Below are positions 22,973 to 35,818 of a stretch of 64,000 nt of DNA, piece after piece. The DNA lies in NCBI GenBank assembly GCA_003693705.1, contig RBZT01000499.1:1-64000 (forward strand), read 5' to 3'. Both the position numbers and the translations under genes were made by a program. The notes under the pieces are model-generated. The model was not told the origin of the DNA. It saw only the letters and a list, made by a program, of their open reading frames with translations, and searched no databases. The first letter of the stretch is position 1. Each line of letters opens with the position of its first letter. This DNA comes from Polymyxa betae A26-41 (taxonomy: Eukaryota; Protista; Endomyxa: Phytomyxea).

Positions 22973-25020
22973 ATGCATAATAGTTATGGCGTGTGTCATC
23001 ATTATATCTTTCATTCAATGTCAGATACAGATTTGATCTTGACATCATTATGTCAATGTCAACTGCATAATCAATATTCAGTGGAGGTCCAACATCTCAC
23101 ATTAATATTACTACAGGTTATTCACATCTTGATATTTGACATGAATTGTTCAACGTTATGGATAGAGTTCGGAATCTGTCATCGCATTAAGATCTCAACA
23201 GTTTACTGTCCAACGATGGCAAATATCTGTGAAGAATGCGGCTAAGTTTATATCTGATCGAATTTACGATCAGAAACCAACTGTTTCTCCTGATGAATTT
23301 ATGACAAAATTTGCAGCTGTTGCTCGATTTCCAAATCATGAACATAAAGCTGATGATGATATATGTGCTATACTGAATGCATACAGGAGATCAGAAAGTA
23401 ATCCAGATCCATGTCGTATAGATAGGGAGATATGTCGAATTCTGGCAGCATCAAACCCAGTTGAGAAATCACCTTTACATCATGATGTTATCAATAGAAT
23501 ATTACAACAACTATTCAACCAGTTACGTTTGTAGTAAACAAATTTCATGGTCTCGTAATCATTCTGCTCTATCAGGTATCAATTTTCACTCGGTGATTTA
23601 TTCCGGATTACAGAGCACAGTAAAGTGTTAGCATTATATCACGGTGATGGTCTCAAGATCAATGAATATCTTGCTGATGACAACCTCTCAATACTGCTTT
23701 ATGGTTCCATTAAAGTGTTCGACTCAATTGAAATTGGTGAACTACATCCACCAGAGATATTTAATATGAAGTCGTTAAACCTAGATGATGACAAATATGC
23801 AAAGTTGATATGCGATAGAGGTAGCACCGGTCTTTGATTACAGCCAATGTTGATTTACGTATAATCTTCTGTAGATTGTATCATGTTGATTATTACTTTA
23901 TCTGATTATCAACGTATATTTGGTGACAAACACTTCAATTCTATTGTACATCGAAGGAATCTGATCAATCAAAATCTAATCTTCAGGCAAATCTCTAATT
24001 CTGCATTAACAGTGATCTCATTGTCTTCGTCGTGCTACCATATTGACAGCAATCAAGTTAGAATACGATCTCGCTGTTACAATCAACTTCTTATAATTGG
24101 TTCAGGTAATCATCGAGCAAGGACAGCCAATAGCGAACAAGATATTCGTGATTGGGTCTGGTGTAGTTCGTATGATTATTGAACTTCCAGCAGATATAGC
24201 TGAAGCTCATAGAGCAAGTACATGCAGACCTCGATTGAAGCCCAGATCTTGCAATACTGCAATGAACAGATCACATCTTCAACTGTTACCTCCAACATTA
24301 TCCAGTCAACAAAATTCAGCTTTAAACTTACCTATACGAGGTGCCCTTGTATTCACACAACGACATCGTGAACCTCTTCGTACTATGATACATTCCACCA
24401 AGAACATTCAGAAGGGCGTCTTCGTAGAAATCGCTCAACTTACATCTGGAGATATATTTGGTGAAGAATCACTTCTGATCTCGGTTGATCAACATACACC
24501 AGAGCCATTTCAGATCTCAGTTTTATCAAGCTCAGGACCTGTATGGTTGATCACCATCCCCAAACATGTCCTAATTCGGCATCTCCCTGCCAGCATAATC
24601 TCCCGATTAACATCATTAATGAAGAATAATATCACACGACGTCAAATATTGTTTCATCTGGAGGAATGTGAACGATGGAAAACGTACTGCAGCAATCTAC
24701 CAAAGAACCCTCTACAAATCTTTACAGAGAGCCCAGCATGTAATGTCGGAATATCTTCACTTTTCAAGCATAGATTCTGGGCTCATCGTCATACTGACTT
24801 TCAAGAGCTTGTTCAGTGTGATGAATCTGTACAAGCTCGAGCCAGATTGCTCAAGGAACGAATTGCGTTCATTATCGATTCAATAGAAATCCGCACCGAC
24901 ACAGAGGCCTCAATATCAAGCCTTGAGGATCTCTCAGATGCAGAAATCGAGAAAAGGAGAGCAGAATTTAGTATCGAAAATATTGCAGAACTACTGTTAG
25001 AACCACATGATAATACATAG
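22973..25020 (+). CDS. Cyclic-nucleotide-binding (cNMP) domain protein, multi-exon (start uncertain)
   Basis: VIIEQGQPIANKIFVIGSGVVRM and VEIAQLTSGDIFGEESLL cNMP-fold motifs, with a degenerate first domain (LSILLYGSIKVF). Confidence 0.75.
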
Positions 25021-25659
25021 AAATTTTATAAAAGGCAACACATTAAGATGGGAATACTGTCCAGGTGATCTGATACAGCCGGCTCCCACTAAAACCGAAA
25101 TGCAAGAATGTTTTTCAAAATAACTGTTTTTTTGTTTAGAATAGATAAACCTTTCATCAATTCCATTTTGATGTGCAAACAAGGAACCTGCTGACTTGAA
25201 CGTCGCTCAGAAGGCAATCCGCCTCTCGAAAGGCGACCATTCAGCAGCCAAGCTGTAAACTTGGGCATCAATGAGATTTTCAGTCTAAGACCATCAAAGA
25301 CATTATCTGTTCTGGAAGCGTTGAGGTAAAATGAATTCTACAAACGACATAACTACCAATTAGCAACCACGGTTAGTTCAAATTCATTCTAAGCTACAAT
25401 TGAATTGGATAGGTCTAGAGGATATGCTACTTTGAACCCAAATGCAAGGCAGCAGAACTCATGAGAGCTGAGATTGTAGGTTTGATTACAATGAGGATGT
25501 TTGAAGAATGAAGACTGAAGGCGCAGCTAAACCGCCTACTCTAATAAAGTGTTCCACAATTGTAGCCCTGTTTATATAAATGAAACATAAAGCCAAGGAC
25601 TGAGAGGAGGGCGCAGCCAGTACCAACTCTTCTTTATTCAGTTTCAACAAGATTCCATT

Positions 25660-26717
25660 ATGGCAAAGAAGTCTTCACCGATCACCGTTGAAATTCAACC
25701 ATCTTCCAGTGGACATTATGCTACTATTTCATTGAATCGACATCCTGTCAACGCTTTGGTTCCTGGTAAATTTGCTGTCAAGTTTTAGATGACGTCACTG
25801 AATGTAGCTGAAGCAATTACGGAAGGGATAGTCAGCATTATCGATTCTTTAGAATCCAATAGCAGGTATACTGCTTCTTTATCTGCAACCTTATTTAATG
25901 ATCTTTCTTGTAGTGTTAAGGGATTTATTCTTACGTCATCTATCAATGGCTATTTTTCAGCTGGTATCGATTTGTCATTGTTTGTAGGAAAGTGGGAGGA
26001 TTTCTTGAAATTTTGGATGGGTTTAAGAAAGATGTTCCTTCGCATCTATGAATCGCGTCTTGTATCCATAGCTTGTATACAAGGTTAGATTACGGCAAGC
26101 AATTATCTAAAAATTTTGATTCTCTAATATCATATAGGGCATGCACCTGGTGGAGGCACCATTATGGCACTTGCTTGTCATTATCGTTTTATGATTAATG
26201 GAAAATCTACAATCGGTTTGAACGAAGTCGGTACATGGATGAAAACCTTGATTTAAGCTCAATTGTATTGCTAAGGTTGCCGTTGGACTTCCAGTGCCTC
26301 GATGGCTATGCGATGTGTTCGTTCAGACTGTTGGCGCTCGCAATGCTGAACGGCTTTTACCATTAGGGATGACTTTCAATGCTCATAAAGCGAAAAGCAT
26401 TCGTCTAGTTGATGAAATTTTCGACGCAGTTGACTTAATGAAAGAAGCCGCTGTAGCTCAGTTGGAGCACTGCTTTCGAGTTAATCAAGGCGTTCGCCAC
26501 AAGACCATGCATTGGATAAGGAAAGATTTTGCAGACAAAATGCGACGAGAAGAGGCTCTCGAATGTATGATACATCCTGTTGACGACGAATTCGTCTGAA
26601 ATTGCTATAGTAGCGGCTGGTCATGAGGCTGTAGTTAATCCCGAGTTCCAAAAAACCGTGAGAAAGATCATTGCCTCATTGTCGGAAAACAGAACCAAAC
26701 CTAAGAGTAATTTATAA
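25660..26717 (+). CDS. ECI1: Enoyl-CoA delta-isomerase (crotonase family), probably peroxisomal, multi-exon
   Basis: ISLNRHPVNAL, FSAGIDL, IACIQ|GHAPGGGTIMALACHYR..IGLNE|VAVGLPVP. C-terminus ..KPKSNL* is PTS1-like. Confidence 0.88.
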
Positions 26718-27422
26718 GCTGAATCTCTATTGTGAAACAGTATGATCTCATGCTGTATGGACAATCTCATTTGACATCCTAACTCCATTATGTAAATATT
26801 CAAATCAACACTATTGATTTTCTATTGTAATCAGTTTTCGATAAGTTGCCCCTGTAAATTTGGTACGTCATTATGCTTTGTCGATTTTTTTTGTATATAC
26901 AGTATGATAAGTTACTCGTGGTTATTGAGATTTGATAGAACGAGTTGGCAATGATCTGAATATCACTAGCAAAGAAGCATTCCATTTAGGTTTTACACCA
27001 CTTTTGAATTCCCCAAACTAATTGGACGGATTAGTACATCTTGCTTCAAACAGCCTAGAGAGTTTAAGAACTATTTGACAACTGTTTTGAGCGAATATTA
27101 GATGGACTAGGCTCTACTGCCTTAGATGTGCTCTATTGCTGAAAAGTTCACTCACAGCTCGCCGATCCACAATGAAAACATGTCGAAATCTCTGAATTTG
27201 AAGGATTACATTACACCGGTCAAGTCAATTTAAAAAGGAAGTGGACTAATGTTTCGTGTCGCATATTGAAAGTCTGAAACATCTTCGCTTATCAAGTGTC
27301 AGACATTTCAAAGCACTGCAAGCCAAATACGATTTGTTTATTTGAGGAATTCCGTTAGAAAATATAGAGACAGATATTTGTAAATTGTTTAGTAAACAAT
27401 CTGGAATAATTCAAGCTTAGAA

Positions 27423-28733
27423 TTAGTCCAAAACTTTCCGCTTCTTATGACGAATACTTTGAAATCGCCTTGAATCTTGATACTTTAAAGGTTCATTTCC
27501 CCAGGCAGTCCATCCAGGTTTAATATCGCGTGCAAATACTTCCAACTTCCTGCAGTCTTTGAGCATATACCGATTAAAGATTTCATCCAGAACTGGTTTC
27601 CTCGAATGACTCTCAGGAAAAGACGCAAAAATGTTGTTTTGGGGAAGTGAACACTTTTGACCCATGATATTGTTTCTAACGCCAACGATGATCTGTTCAT
27701 AAGGCTTATGATGACTGGAATCCAAATCTATGTAAAGTTAGAGGATATAAGCTATACCTTTCAACAAGGTAACTGACCGGGTACGTCTATTGCCAAATCA
27801 AGAGGTAGTTTAATCCAATACCAGACAGTGTGATACTGAATATTCCAACTAGGGAACAGCTCTTCAATTATGAATGATCTTAAACATGGATCATTAGTGA
27901 CCCAGACACAAACAACTCCATTATCTTCATCTAATAGCTCATCTAAAACTTGTTTCACACATCGGCCAAGCCATGCGTCGAGCACTTACCAATCGGTAAA
28001 GTCTTTAATGTCGAATGCCTCATCGTTGGATACGATCTAGAGCGTTGGACGCTTTTATTGTCCCATGGAGGGTCCACGATGACCAGATGATATCGTAATG
28101 AAGGACAAGGAAGCAGAGCCGATGCTGAAAGATTGCTGATGTCGCTAATCAGGAAAGATGAATTCGGTGGCAGATAGTATGACTTGCCAAAGACAGATTT
28201 TAACCGAGCTTGATCACAGTTATTACTCTGAAAGAACATTTAACTTCCGTTGAAATGTAGTAGAAAACAATGAGCATTACGATGAGAGTATTGCACCAAT
28301 GATCGATATCAGACTGGACATCTTGATTATCGGGTAAAGTAGGGCCATAACGATGAAAATGACTTCGACTGATTCTCCAACAAAGCTGGATATCATCAAC
28401 GCAATCGTTTGAAACTAATACTTTGATCTCACTCGCCATTTCTTGAATTCTTTTGTCAGTTCTAATGCATTTCATAAACATAACGAGTTGTTGATACTCT
28501 CTGTCAATTAATCGTTTAAAATTAGTGAGAGAAAAGGTTTCGATATTCAGTTACGAATTTGGAATGGACCGCCTATTAGGATCTGGTCGAGAGCGCCTTC
28601 GGATTGCAATGTGATAATCAGGTAAAGGAGCAGCATATTCCGGATCCCAACCATAACAACGAGCACGCCATGCATCGATTATCCATCCTATCTCAGATGT
28701 ATTGTCATCATAAACACTTTCCAGACTGAGCAT
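27423..28733 (-). CDS. METTL4: MT-A70 family N6-adenine methyltransferase, METTL4-like, multi-exon
   Basis: YLPPNSSFLISD, VIVDPPWDNKSVQRSRSYPTM, VWVTN, WYWIK, HKPYE, HSRKP, LEVFARDIKPGWTAWGNEPLKYQ. Confidence 0.92.
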
Positions 28734-28834
28734 TTCCCAAATTACATTTTCGCACTTTTATTCTTGTTTAATCTCATGACAAAACGATTTCTGCGCATTC
28801 CCTTTTCGAATTTCAAAAGGAGAATTGAAGAATC

Positions 28835-29566
28835 ATGCTGAAATGTCCTGTGGATGTTGATGCCGACGCTGCTTCTAATGTTCGTAGCCACATTGACCTG
28901 GGTCATCAAGAGGTGCAACGGGTTGTCGAAGAGCTGGAAAATATATATGAAATGTCGCATAGCGAATGGCTGGCCGCTGAACCAATCAGTTCGTTTCTCT
29001 GTACACAGATAGGTTACGATGATGTCGACGAACTTGAAGATGCTTTAAATGGAACTTTTGAAGAATTTCTTGACGTGCTTCCTCATGTTGAGACTAAACG
29101 TGTTCCTATTGAAGGATCTGATGATGACACCGAATATTCATTGTATTTCCGTATATTGGGCCCAGGATTTAATCCATCCAAGATGAGCCTCAAAATCGAA
29201 CAACGTGATCAACTTTGGAATGTTGTTCTCAAATCTCCAACCTGCACTTTAGAGTTCCCGGAAATCGAGTTCGAAATTCTACCTGAAGGCAGACGCCGGA
29301 TTGACACGATCTGGGGCTTTCTGGCTGGAGCCGCTTTAGACCTGGAGCTTCGGCTTCAACAGAAGGTGAATGAGAATCAGATGAGTGAACATCCTGAACA
29401 AGTTGATGAAGAGATTATCCAGTTGCAGAAGGTTGTTGATAGTCTACGTGCAATGAGAGATGTTGACTATCCCTGGACATTGATTGTTAAAGATCCCAAA
29501 GGCGAGACCAGGTTTGCAGAAATGAATCTTGTCGATGTAATTGAAGGCCCTCCAGAATCCAATTGA
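28835..29566 (+). CDS. ZPR1 A/B-domain-containing protein lacking the zinc finger
   Basis: LKIEQRDQLWNVVLKSPTCTLEFPEIEFEI..IDTIWGFL..PWTLIVKDPKGET matches the ZPR1 A/B domain. Intronless, 243 aa, no CxxC. Confidence 0.75.
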   Translation: MLKCPVDVDADAASNVRSHIDLGHQEVQRVVEELENIYEMSHSEWLAAEPISSFLCTQIGYDDVDELEDALNGTFEEFLDVLPHVETKRVPIEGSDDDTEYSLYFRILGPGFNPSKMSLKIEQRDQLWNVVLKSPTCTLEFPEIEFEILPEGRRRIDTIWGFLAGAALDLELRLQQKVNENQMSEHPEQVDEEIIQLQKVVDSLRAMRDVDYPWTLIVKDPKGETRFAEMNLVDVIEGPPESN

Positions 29567-29689
29567 GGGTTTCTCTGTGTTGTGGTTTTCACTTCATTAA
29601 ATTTCGACGTTTTACCTCTGTTCTGGTTTCTAATAACTTGCCATTGCTTATCACACAGATTTTTGAATAGATTAAGAATTGTATTGGTT

Positions 29690-31105
29690 TTAGCGCCTTT
29701 TACGTTGGCGCCTTTTGGAATTTCCTGCTGGCATTCCGTTTCCAGTAAAATCGGGATTGTTATCGTGAGAGAACTTGCAGTTGTTCTTCTTACAGTTACC
29801 AGCTTGAAAGAATCGACAAGCCGGCATCGATTTAGCTTTTGCGGTTTCCTTATTGGGATGGGGTTGTGGATCATTATCGACATCAGAACATTCTTCGGCA
29901 CTCTCGTTATTGTCACACTCGAAAGCTCTTTGATGCAGTGGATCATGTGAGAACTTACATGAATTACCATAACGACATGCTCCTTGCTTAAAGAAGCGAC
30001 ATAACCTGCTCGATTTCGGTAGTTTCCTTGGCGGCGAAATGTCAGTGTCAGAATCGTCTTGGCAGAAATGATTGGAGAAATGAGCAGTGTCTGAATTGAG
30101 ATTCATTTGACGAAAGTAACTGATGTTATCATCATCGGTACACCACATTTCATCTGGAATCTCTCCATCAGAGTATCCCTCATAATAATCGTCTTCGTCG
30201 ATAGAAACCATTTCAACGTCATCATCATGACCGAAATTGAATCGTCTTGGCATAGGCATCTCCATATCCGGATCCACAACGAGTTTCTCGTAGAGAGCGA
30301 TCCGATTCATATTCCATACATAAGAAAGCTCGGGATACTCGCTGCAGTTAGGTACCGCTGTCGTCAGAGGAATTTTCGGATGGTTATACATTTTACATTT
30401 TCCTGCATTTCCTTTCGTTCCAAACGACGCTTCTGAAGAGATATCAACTTGTTTGTTACAATCATCAACGACTCCCAATCGCAGGTCGTATTGAGTTGCA
30501 GGGAGCAGTCCCGTAATTTTACACTGCTGAGCGACTCCGATAAAACATATTGACCAAGGAAATGATCTCTCTGGTGAACAGATATCTAATCGATAAACAA
30601 TGCCTGGTGGTACTTGTGTCAAGCTTTCAGACCAGTCAACGGTTAACGAGGTCGAAGTCGCTTCGACCAACTGCAAGGGGAAAAGCTCGTCCAGATCAAA
30701 CCCATCATCGTCTTCATCCCATGCATCAAAGAACATTGATGGACCATCGGCAAATACAAAATTCATATTGCCTCGAGGCCCAAAAAAGGCCTGTTGGAAT
30801 AAATTCATAAATCTCTCTAAGTCCTCATGGTTTTGAGAGAATTCGGCCTCGTGATCATTGTCAGATCGATAGTCAAGATCTGTCAAAGCAGTGTAAGCAT
30901 GACTGATCTCTTGAAACTTGCTGGTCGCTTCTTCCGATTTGTTTTTATCTGCATAACTGTAAAACAGATGTTGTAGAATGAATAAGAACGCGTTACCTGG
31001 ATGCCATCGAATAGCAAGTCGTTTATATGCAGAGCGAATTTCAGCAAGCGTAGAGCCTGATTGCAGACCTAATACAGCAAGATGTCTCTCCGGATGACTT
31101 GACAT
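29690..31105 (-). CDS. J-domain + fibronectin type III + 2x CCCH zinc-finger protein
   Basis: VLGL..EIRSAYKRLAIRWHP|DKN..FQEISHAY; ATSTSLTVDW..ITGLLPATQYDLRL (FN3); LCRFFKQGACRYGNSCKFSHD and ACRFFQAGNCKKNNCKFSHD; basic KRRQRKRR tail. In-frame intron at 30949-30996. Confidence 0.9.
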   Translation of the reverse strand: MSSHPERHLAVLGLQSGSTLAEIRSAYKRLAIRWHPGNAFLFILQHLFYSYADKNKSEEATSKFQEISHAYTALTDLDYRSDNDHEAEFSQNHEDLERFMNLFQQAFFGPRGNMNFVFADGPSMFFDAWDEDDDGFDLDELFPLQLVEATSTSLTVDWSESLTQVPPGIVYRLDICSPERSFPWSICFIGVAQQCKITGLLPATQYDLRLGVVDDCNKQVDISSEASFGTKGNAGKCKMYNHPKIPLTTAVPNCSEYPELSYVWNMNRIALYEKLVVDPDMEMPMPRRFNFGHDDDVEMVSIDEDDYYEGYSDGEIPDEMWCTDDDNISYFRQMNLNSDTAHFSNHFCQDDSDTDISPPRKLPKSSRLCRFFKQGACRYGNSCKFSHDPLHQRAFECDNNESAEECSDVDNDPQPHPNKETAKAKSMPACRFFQAGNCKKNNCKFSHDNNPDFTGNGMPAGNSKRRQRKRR

Positions 31106-31822
31106 TTAAAGCCAGGTAGTTCAGTCAATGCCCAGACAGATCGCCACAACCGAAGCAGTAATGACTCTGTGAATAGAGTAAGGGCGTAGCCAATACAGGA
31201 ATACGATCAACTCTCAATGCCATACCAGTATGTATTAACCCCGAAACAAGCAGCAGCAACAAGTGGAATTCAACGGTAATAAACAGGTTGTTGAATTGCC
31301 AATGTCAATGAGACAATGTCATCTGTATAGTTCTACAAAAGGGGGGATTCTTCACTGAAACTGCGTGATCGCAATTTACAACTCAGATCAAAGAATTTGA
31401 TCTCATCTTTACTTCTACAGGTGGCTCGACGATTAGCATTACAACCAACATTTGCTTTGGGTGTAATTACTACTTGTTTTTTTAGACTGTTATCGTTATT
31501 GCAGATACTTTGTTGGGTTGTTCTTATCATTGCGATTTGAGAATTTGGCTATTGCAGGGATATGGAGGTCTTGGGTGATAAAACAAGCAATGCTGTGTTG
31601 CTTGCCAATTACCATTTAACTTGCCGCTGCTGCTGTTAAGATTACTATAGAAGTGATGTAATTGCGTGACATAAGGGAGTATGAAGCTAACATTATATGA
31701 TTACAGTCCCCTCCTCTTAAAGGTCTCTCACTTTCTGTCCTTCTATGCCGAATACCTGTTCACATTTGTCCCAACGATAGATTTGTATAACCGGCGCACA
31801 CAAGCTTGCTTCCCAAACTGCC

Positions 31823-34800
31823 ATGATGTCGTCTTCTGGATTATCGCGAGAATTTTCGGCTCTAGTCCGATCGATTGGCGAATCGAAATCTAAAGGCGAA
31901 GAAGATACAATCATTAGCGCCGAGCTTGTCAAACTAAAGAATACGATGTGTGGCCGTGGTCCTGAGGTATCGTCTCATCAAATGAAAGAGTATCTTTTGC
32001 GAATGTTATATGCAGAGATGCTCGGTCATGATGCTTCGTTTGGCCATATTGCAGCTGTAAAACTTTGTTCATCTGCACGAAATTTATCCTGCAAACGTGT
32101 TGCATATCTCGCCGTTTCTGCCTGCTTATCTCCCTCAAGCGATCTTCTGTTACTTCTGGTTAACACATTGCAAACTGATTTACAATCGGCGAATCAATTG
32201 GAAGTGCAAATGGCTCTTCAGTTGGTCTGTAGACTAATGTCTGGAGATCTTGTACCTCCATTGATACAGCCAATATTAAAAGCTGCCTCACATATGCAGG
32301 CAGCAGTTCGAAAGAAAGCCGCTATCACTTTATGGCGCTGTTGCCAGATTGCTCCTGAAGTCGCCATCGCCAATGAGGTCCCATTACGCTTGAAATCGAT
32401 GCTTTGTGATAAGGATCCATCTGTTATGGGCGCCACGCTGCCTGCTTTACTTGAGCTGGACAATGTAAGAGATTTGTGCCCTTCCATTGTCAGCATTTTG
32501 AAGCAAATTGTCGAGCATCGCCTGGCGCGTGATTATGATTATCGGCGTATTCCAGCTCCTTGGATTCAGATTAAATTGATCCAACTAATTGCAAAAATTG
32601 CTGGCAATGATAAGATAATGAGCCAGTCGTGTTATGAAGTGCTTCATGAAGTAATTAGGAGAGCTGATACAGGCATTAATATCGGTTATGCTGTGATTTA
32701 TGAATGTATTCGAACGATCTGTGCTATATATCCTAATTCTGGGCTTCTTGATGAGGCTGCCAAGCAAGTCTCAAGGTTTATTAGCAGTGAATATCATAAT
32801 CGAAAATACCTCGGTATTGATGCACTAGCATCATTGGTTAAGGTCGAACCGCGTTATGCTTTAGACCATCAGCTTGTCGTGATCGATTGTCTCGATAGTC
32901 CCGATCAGACATTACGTCGCAAGACATTGGATTTGCTCTATCGGATGACAGGGCCTCATAATGTCACTGTTATCGTTGATGCCATGATGAAATTTATCAC
33001 TTCTCCCAACTCAGACAAATTTCTACGAAAAGAGCTCGTGTCTCGGATATCATCTCTGACTGAAAAGTTCGCCCCCGATATGCTGTGGTATATGGACGTT
33101 TTTAATCAGCTGCTGTCTATCGCCGGTGATTTAATTCCTTATTCATCAATTCATTCAGTTTTCAAGTTGATATCTTCTGATTCTGCTGTGGATCAGCGCG
33201 ACGAAATTATAACGAGGTATGATGCTCGGCTACATGAGATTGCTTGTGATGACGAAGGAGTAACTCCGATAATGGTTCAAGTTATTGCTTGGATTTTAGG
33301 CGAATTTGCCGATCCGGATCAGGACAAAACCGTGCTTCAAGATTTGTGTGATATCTTACCTAAAATTCGGAAGCCCATTACGCAATCCTACATTCTTGCA
33401 GCTTTAACGAAGCTGATTTGCCGCCTCAAAGTACGTCCTGTACCAAGAACAGTGCTGGAGGCTGCAGATCGCTATCAGCGCTCAGTGTCGGTAGATTTGC
33501 AGCAAAGATGCTCGGAGCTATTTGCTATAAGCCAGGTAATGCTTCCTCTTTGAAAGTCTAGGCCTTAGTAATTGTCTTAGATGGATCCTGCCATCATGGC
33601 GAACGTGCTGCCACCTATGCAGTCTTTCGGTGGAGTTGAAATCGATCCCATGTTACCATTCTTGAATGGTTAGAGGCATTTGCTCTATGTTTCAAGGATC
33701 TTATATTCTCGCCTTTAGATTATGTTGCTTCCTCGCTTCGTGAGGGCTCTCATCCATATAATCGTCCAGAGAACGTGTCGATCTCGGAACCTACTGTTCC
33801 CGACAGGTACATTTTGGGAGTTATGATGTATTTTTCTATCTCACTGGATTACTCTATAGTCACCTCAAATATACTCCCTATGCCTCTACCTCCGCTCCAA
33901 TCTTCAAGAAAGCAGAACAAAGGGAAAGTCCCCAAATTCCTACTATCGAACCAGTTCAAATAGAGGCAGTACAGCAATCAACAACTGGGCTCAGATTAAC
34001 TGGAGTTACTCGGAAGTGGGGCCCATCCGGTTATGGAGTCGTTCCTGCTAATAAAGCCTCTCAATCACCGAAATCGGAATCTGCTGCCGTATCTAAAGCG
34101 CCCCAGTTAAATCAGACCACTTCTTCTATTTCCAACTCTACAACATCGGCCCCCGGAGCAGTCCCAAGACGATCGGTGAGTTGCTTGTATTTACTGTAAA
34201 CGGGTGTCTGATCGATTGTAGTCATCTAATGACTCGATGAAAGAGAAGGAAGCTCGCGCTGCACTATTGTTTGGCGGTACAAGCAAGAGCTCTGCCCCTC
34301 CAGCCGCTGCTTCTTCTAACGTATCACTACCATCTGCTCGTAAGATGGCAAGTACATCAACCCCGGCACGTTTACCTGTAGCTGCTCAATCACCAGCTAT
34401 TGATGACCTACTTGACATTGCTTCACTGACCAGCCCAAATTCAGCAGCTGCTGCCGCTTCTCAGCCCGCTTTCCCCACCCCGAACGATCCTCTGTATATG
34501 CTTTTATAACTTCTCGAACAAGCTGAACTTACTGCTGTTTAGTACAGATTTACTGTTCTCGCTTGACCCAACCGTGTTTCCTGCGGCTTCTGATTCATTG
34601 AAAACTGCTAATTTTCAAATTCCCGCCTATCAGCTATGCTCATCATTTGTTAACTCTCCCTTCGCCACACTTGCTCGCTCTTCGGATGATGATGTTCTAC
34701 TTTCACATAACGATATGCTGTGTGCTAGTGCATTTACTGTATGTGAACATTGATTTGCTATGACTAGTTTAACAGGTGTCACAGTTATTCAACGAGGATT

Positions 34801-35511
34801 CCACGATTTTCACCGTCTTTCTACAAAATTTTTCAACTATACAAATCAGAAGTCTGACTGTCAGGTCAAAGGCCGAATCTGGCGTTCTATCGATCAGTAA
34901 ATGATGGCCTGTGCAAATTCAACTGATTCTCATTTCAACTATACAGGTGCAGCTATTAATAGTGATCTGTTCTCGACTACCATGTCTGCCGAATTTCGAC
35001 AAATATCCCCCAACCAGGTTGTTGCTTGTGTAAGAGCGCTCATATACATTGCAATGTGTAAAACTTTAATTGGACTTTATAGTTCGTTACACTTGCAGCG
35101 AATTCTCCCGTGCTAAACGTTGCTTTAACTGCTGATTATAATAACGGGAAGACTTTGGCAATATCACAAGCAGTGCCAATTGTATACTTCGTCCGCCCTT
35201 TGGCGCTTGTAACGCCTCAATTCGGCCAAATGTGGTTGGAAAAAAAATTTACCCAAAACGAAAAGCGGTTGGCTCCTTTCCCGAAGAATCCAGATCAGCT
35301 GGCAGCACATTTTAATCGAATGCGAGTGCATTTAGTACAGACTATCAATCAAGAATCTATTGCAGCGTCCAAAATCGGTTCACATGTAATTCTACTTCAT
35401 GTCCGAATCGACGACTCCGGAATTGCATACATCACTTGTCGGGCTTCAAGTGCAGAAGCGCTTTTTCTAGGAACAGAGGCACTAAGGGCGGAAATGAAAG
35501 AAATCAAATAA
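31823..35511 (+). CDS. AP4E1: AP-4 adaptor complex subunit epsilon, multi-exon
   Basis: [75 protein letters not shown]; hinge RKWGPSGY; ear-like last exon [14 protein letters not shown]. Confidence 0.93.
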
Positions 35512-35818
35512 ATTCATGTAGATGCAGCATATTTGTCCTGTGAGACACGTCCTGATTCTGTCTACTCAATTACCTACAATTACTCGTCGTGGGAGTGGGT
35601 CACATCGCTTATCACGAGTTTGTTTAGCAGATATTACAGTATAATTTCTGAAACTGTAATACGGTATCTGGAGTGCGAAGAAGAGGGCTGCGCATTGTCG
35701 CTATCTCATTTATTGGATTATTTTGCAACTGTGGGTCTAAAGATCTTCACCCATCATAAACTAAGGTTGAATACCATCTGTCGACGTCACAAGTCGATCT
35801 GGGCCATTCCACAACCCA

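Noticed and set aside
24997-25330. Short minus-strand ORFs between the cNMP and ECI genes
   Set aside because: Stops in all frames, no recognisable motif and no coherent splice model.
29467-30836. ORFs overlapping the DnaJ-FN3-CCCH gene (29467-29970, 29582-29950, 30107-30436, 30600-30836)
   Set aside because: Alternative-frame or antisense shadows of a gene with clear domains.
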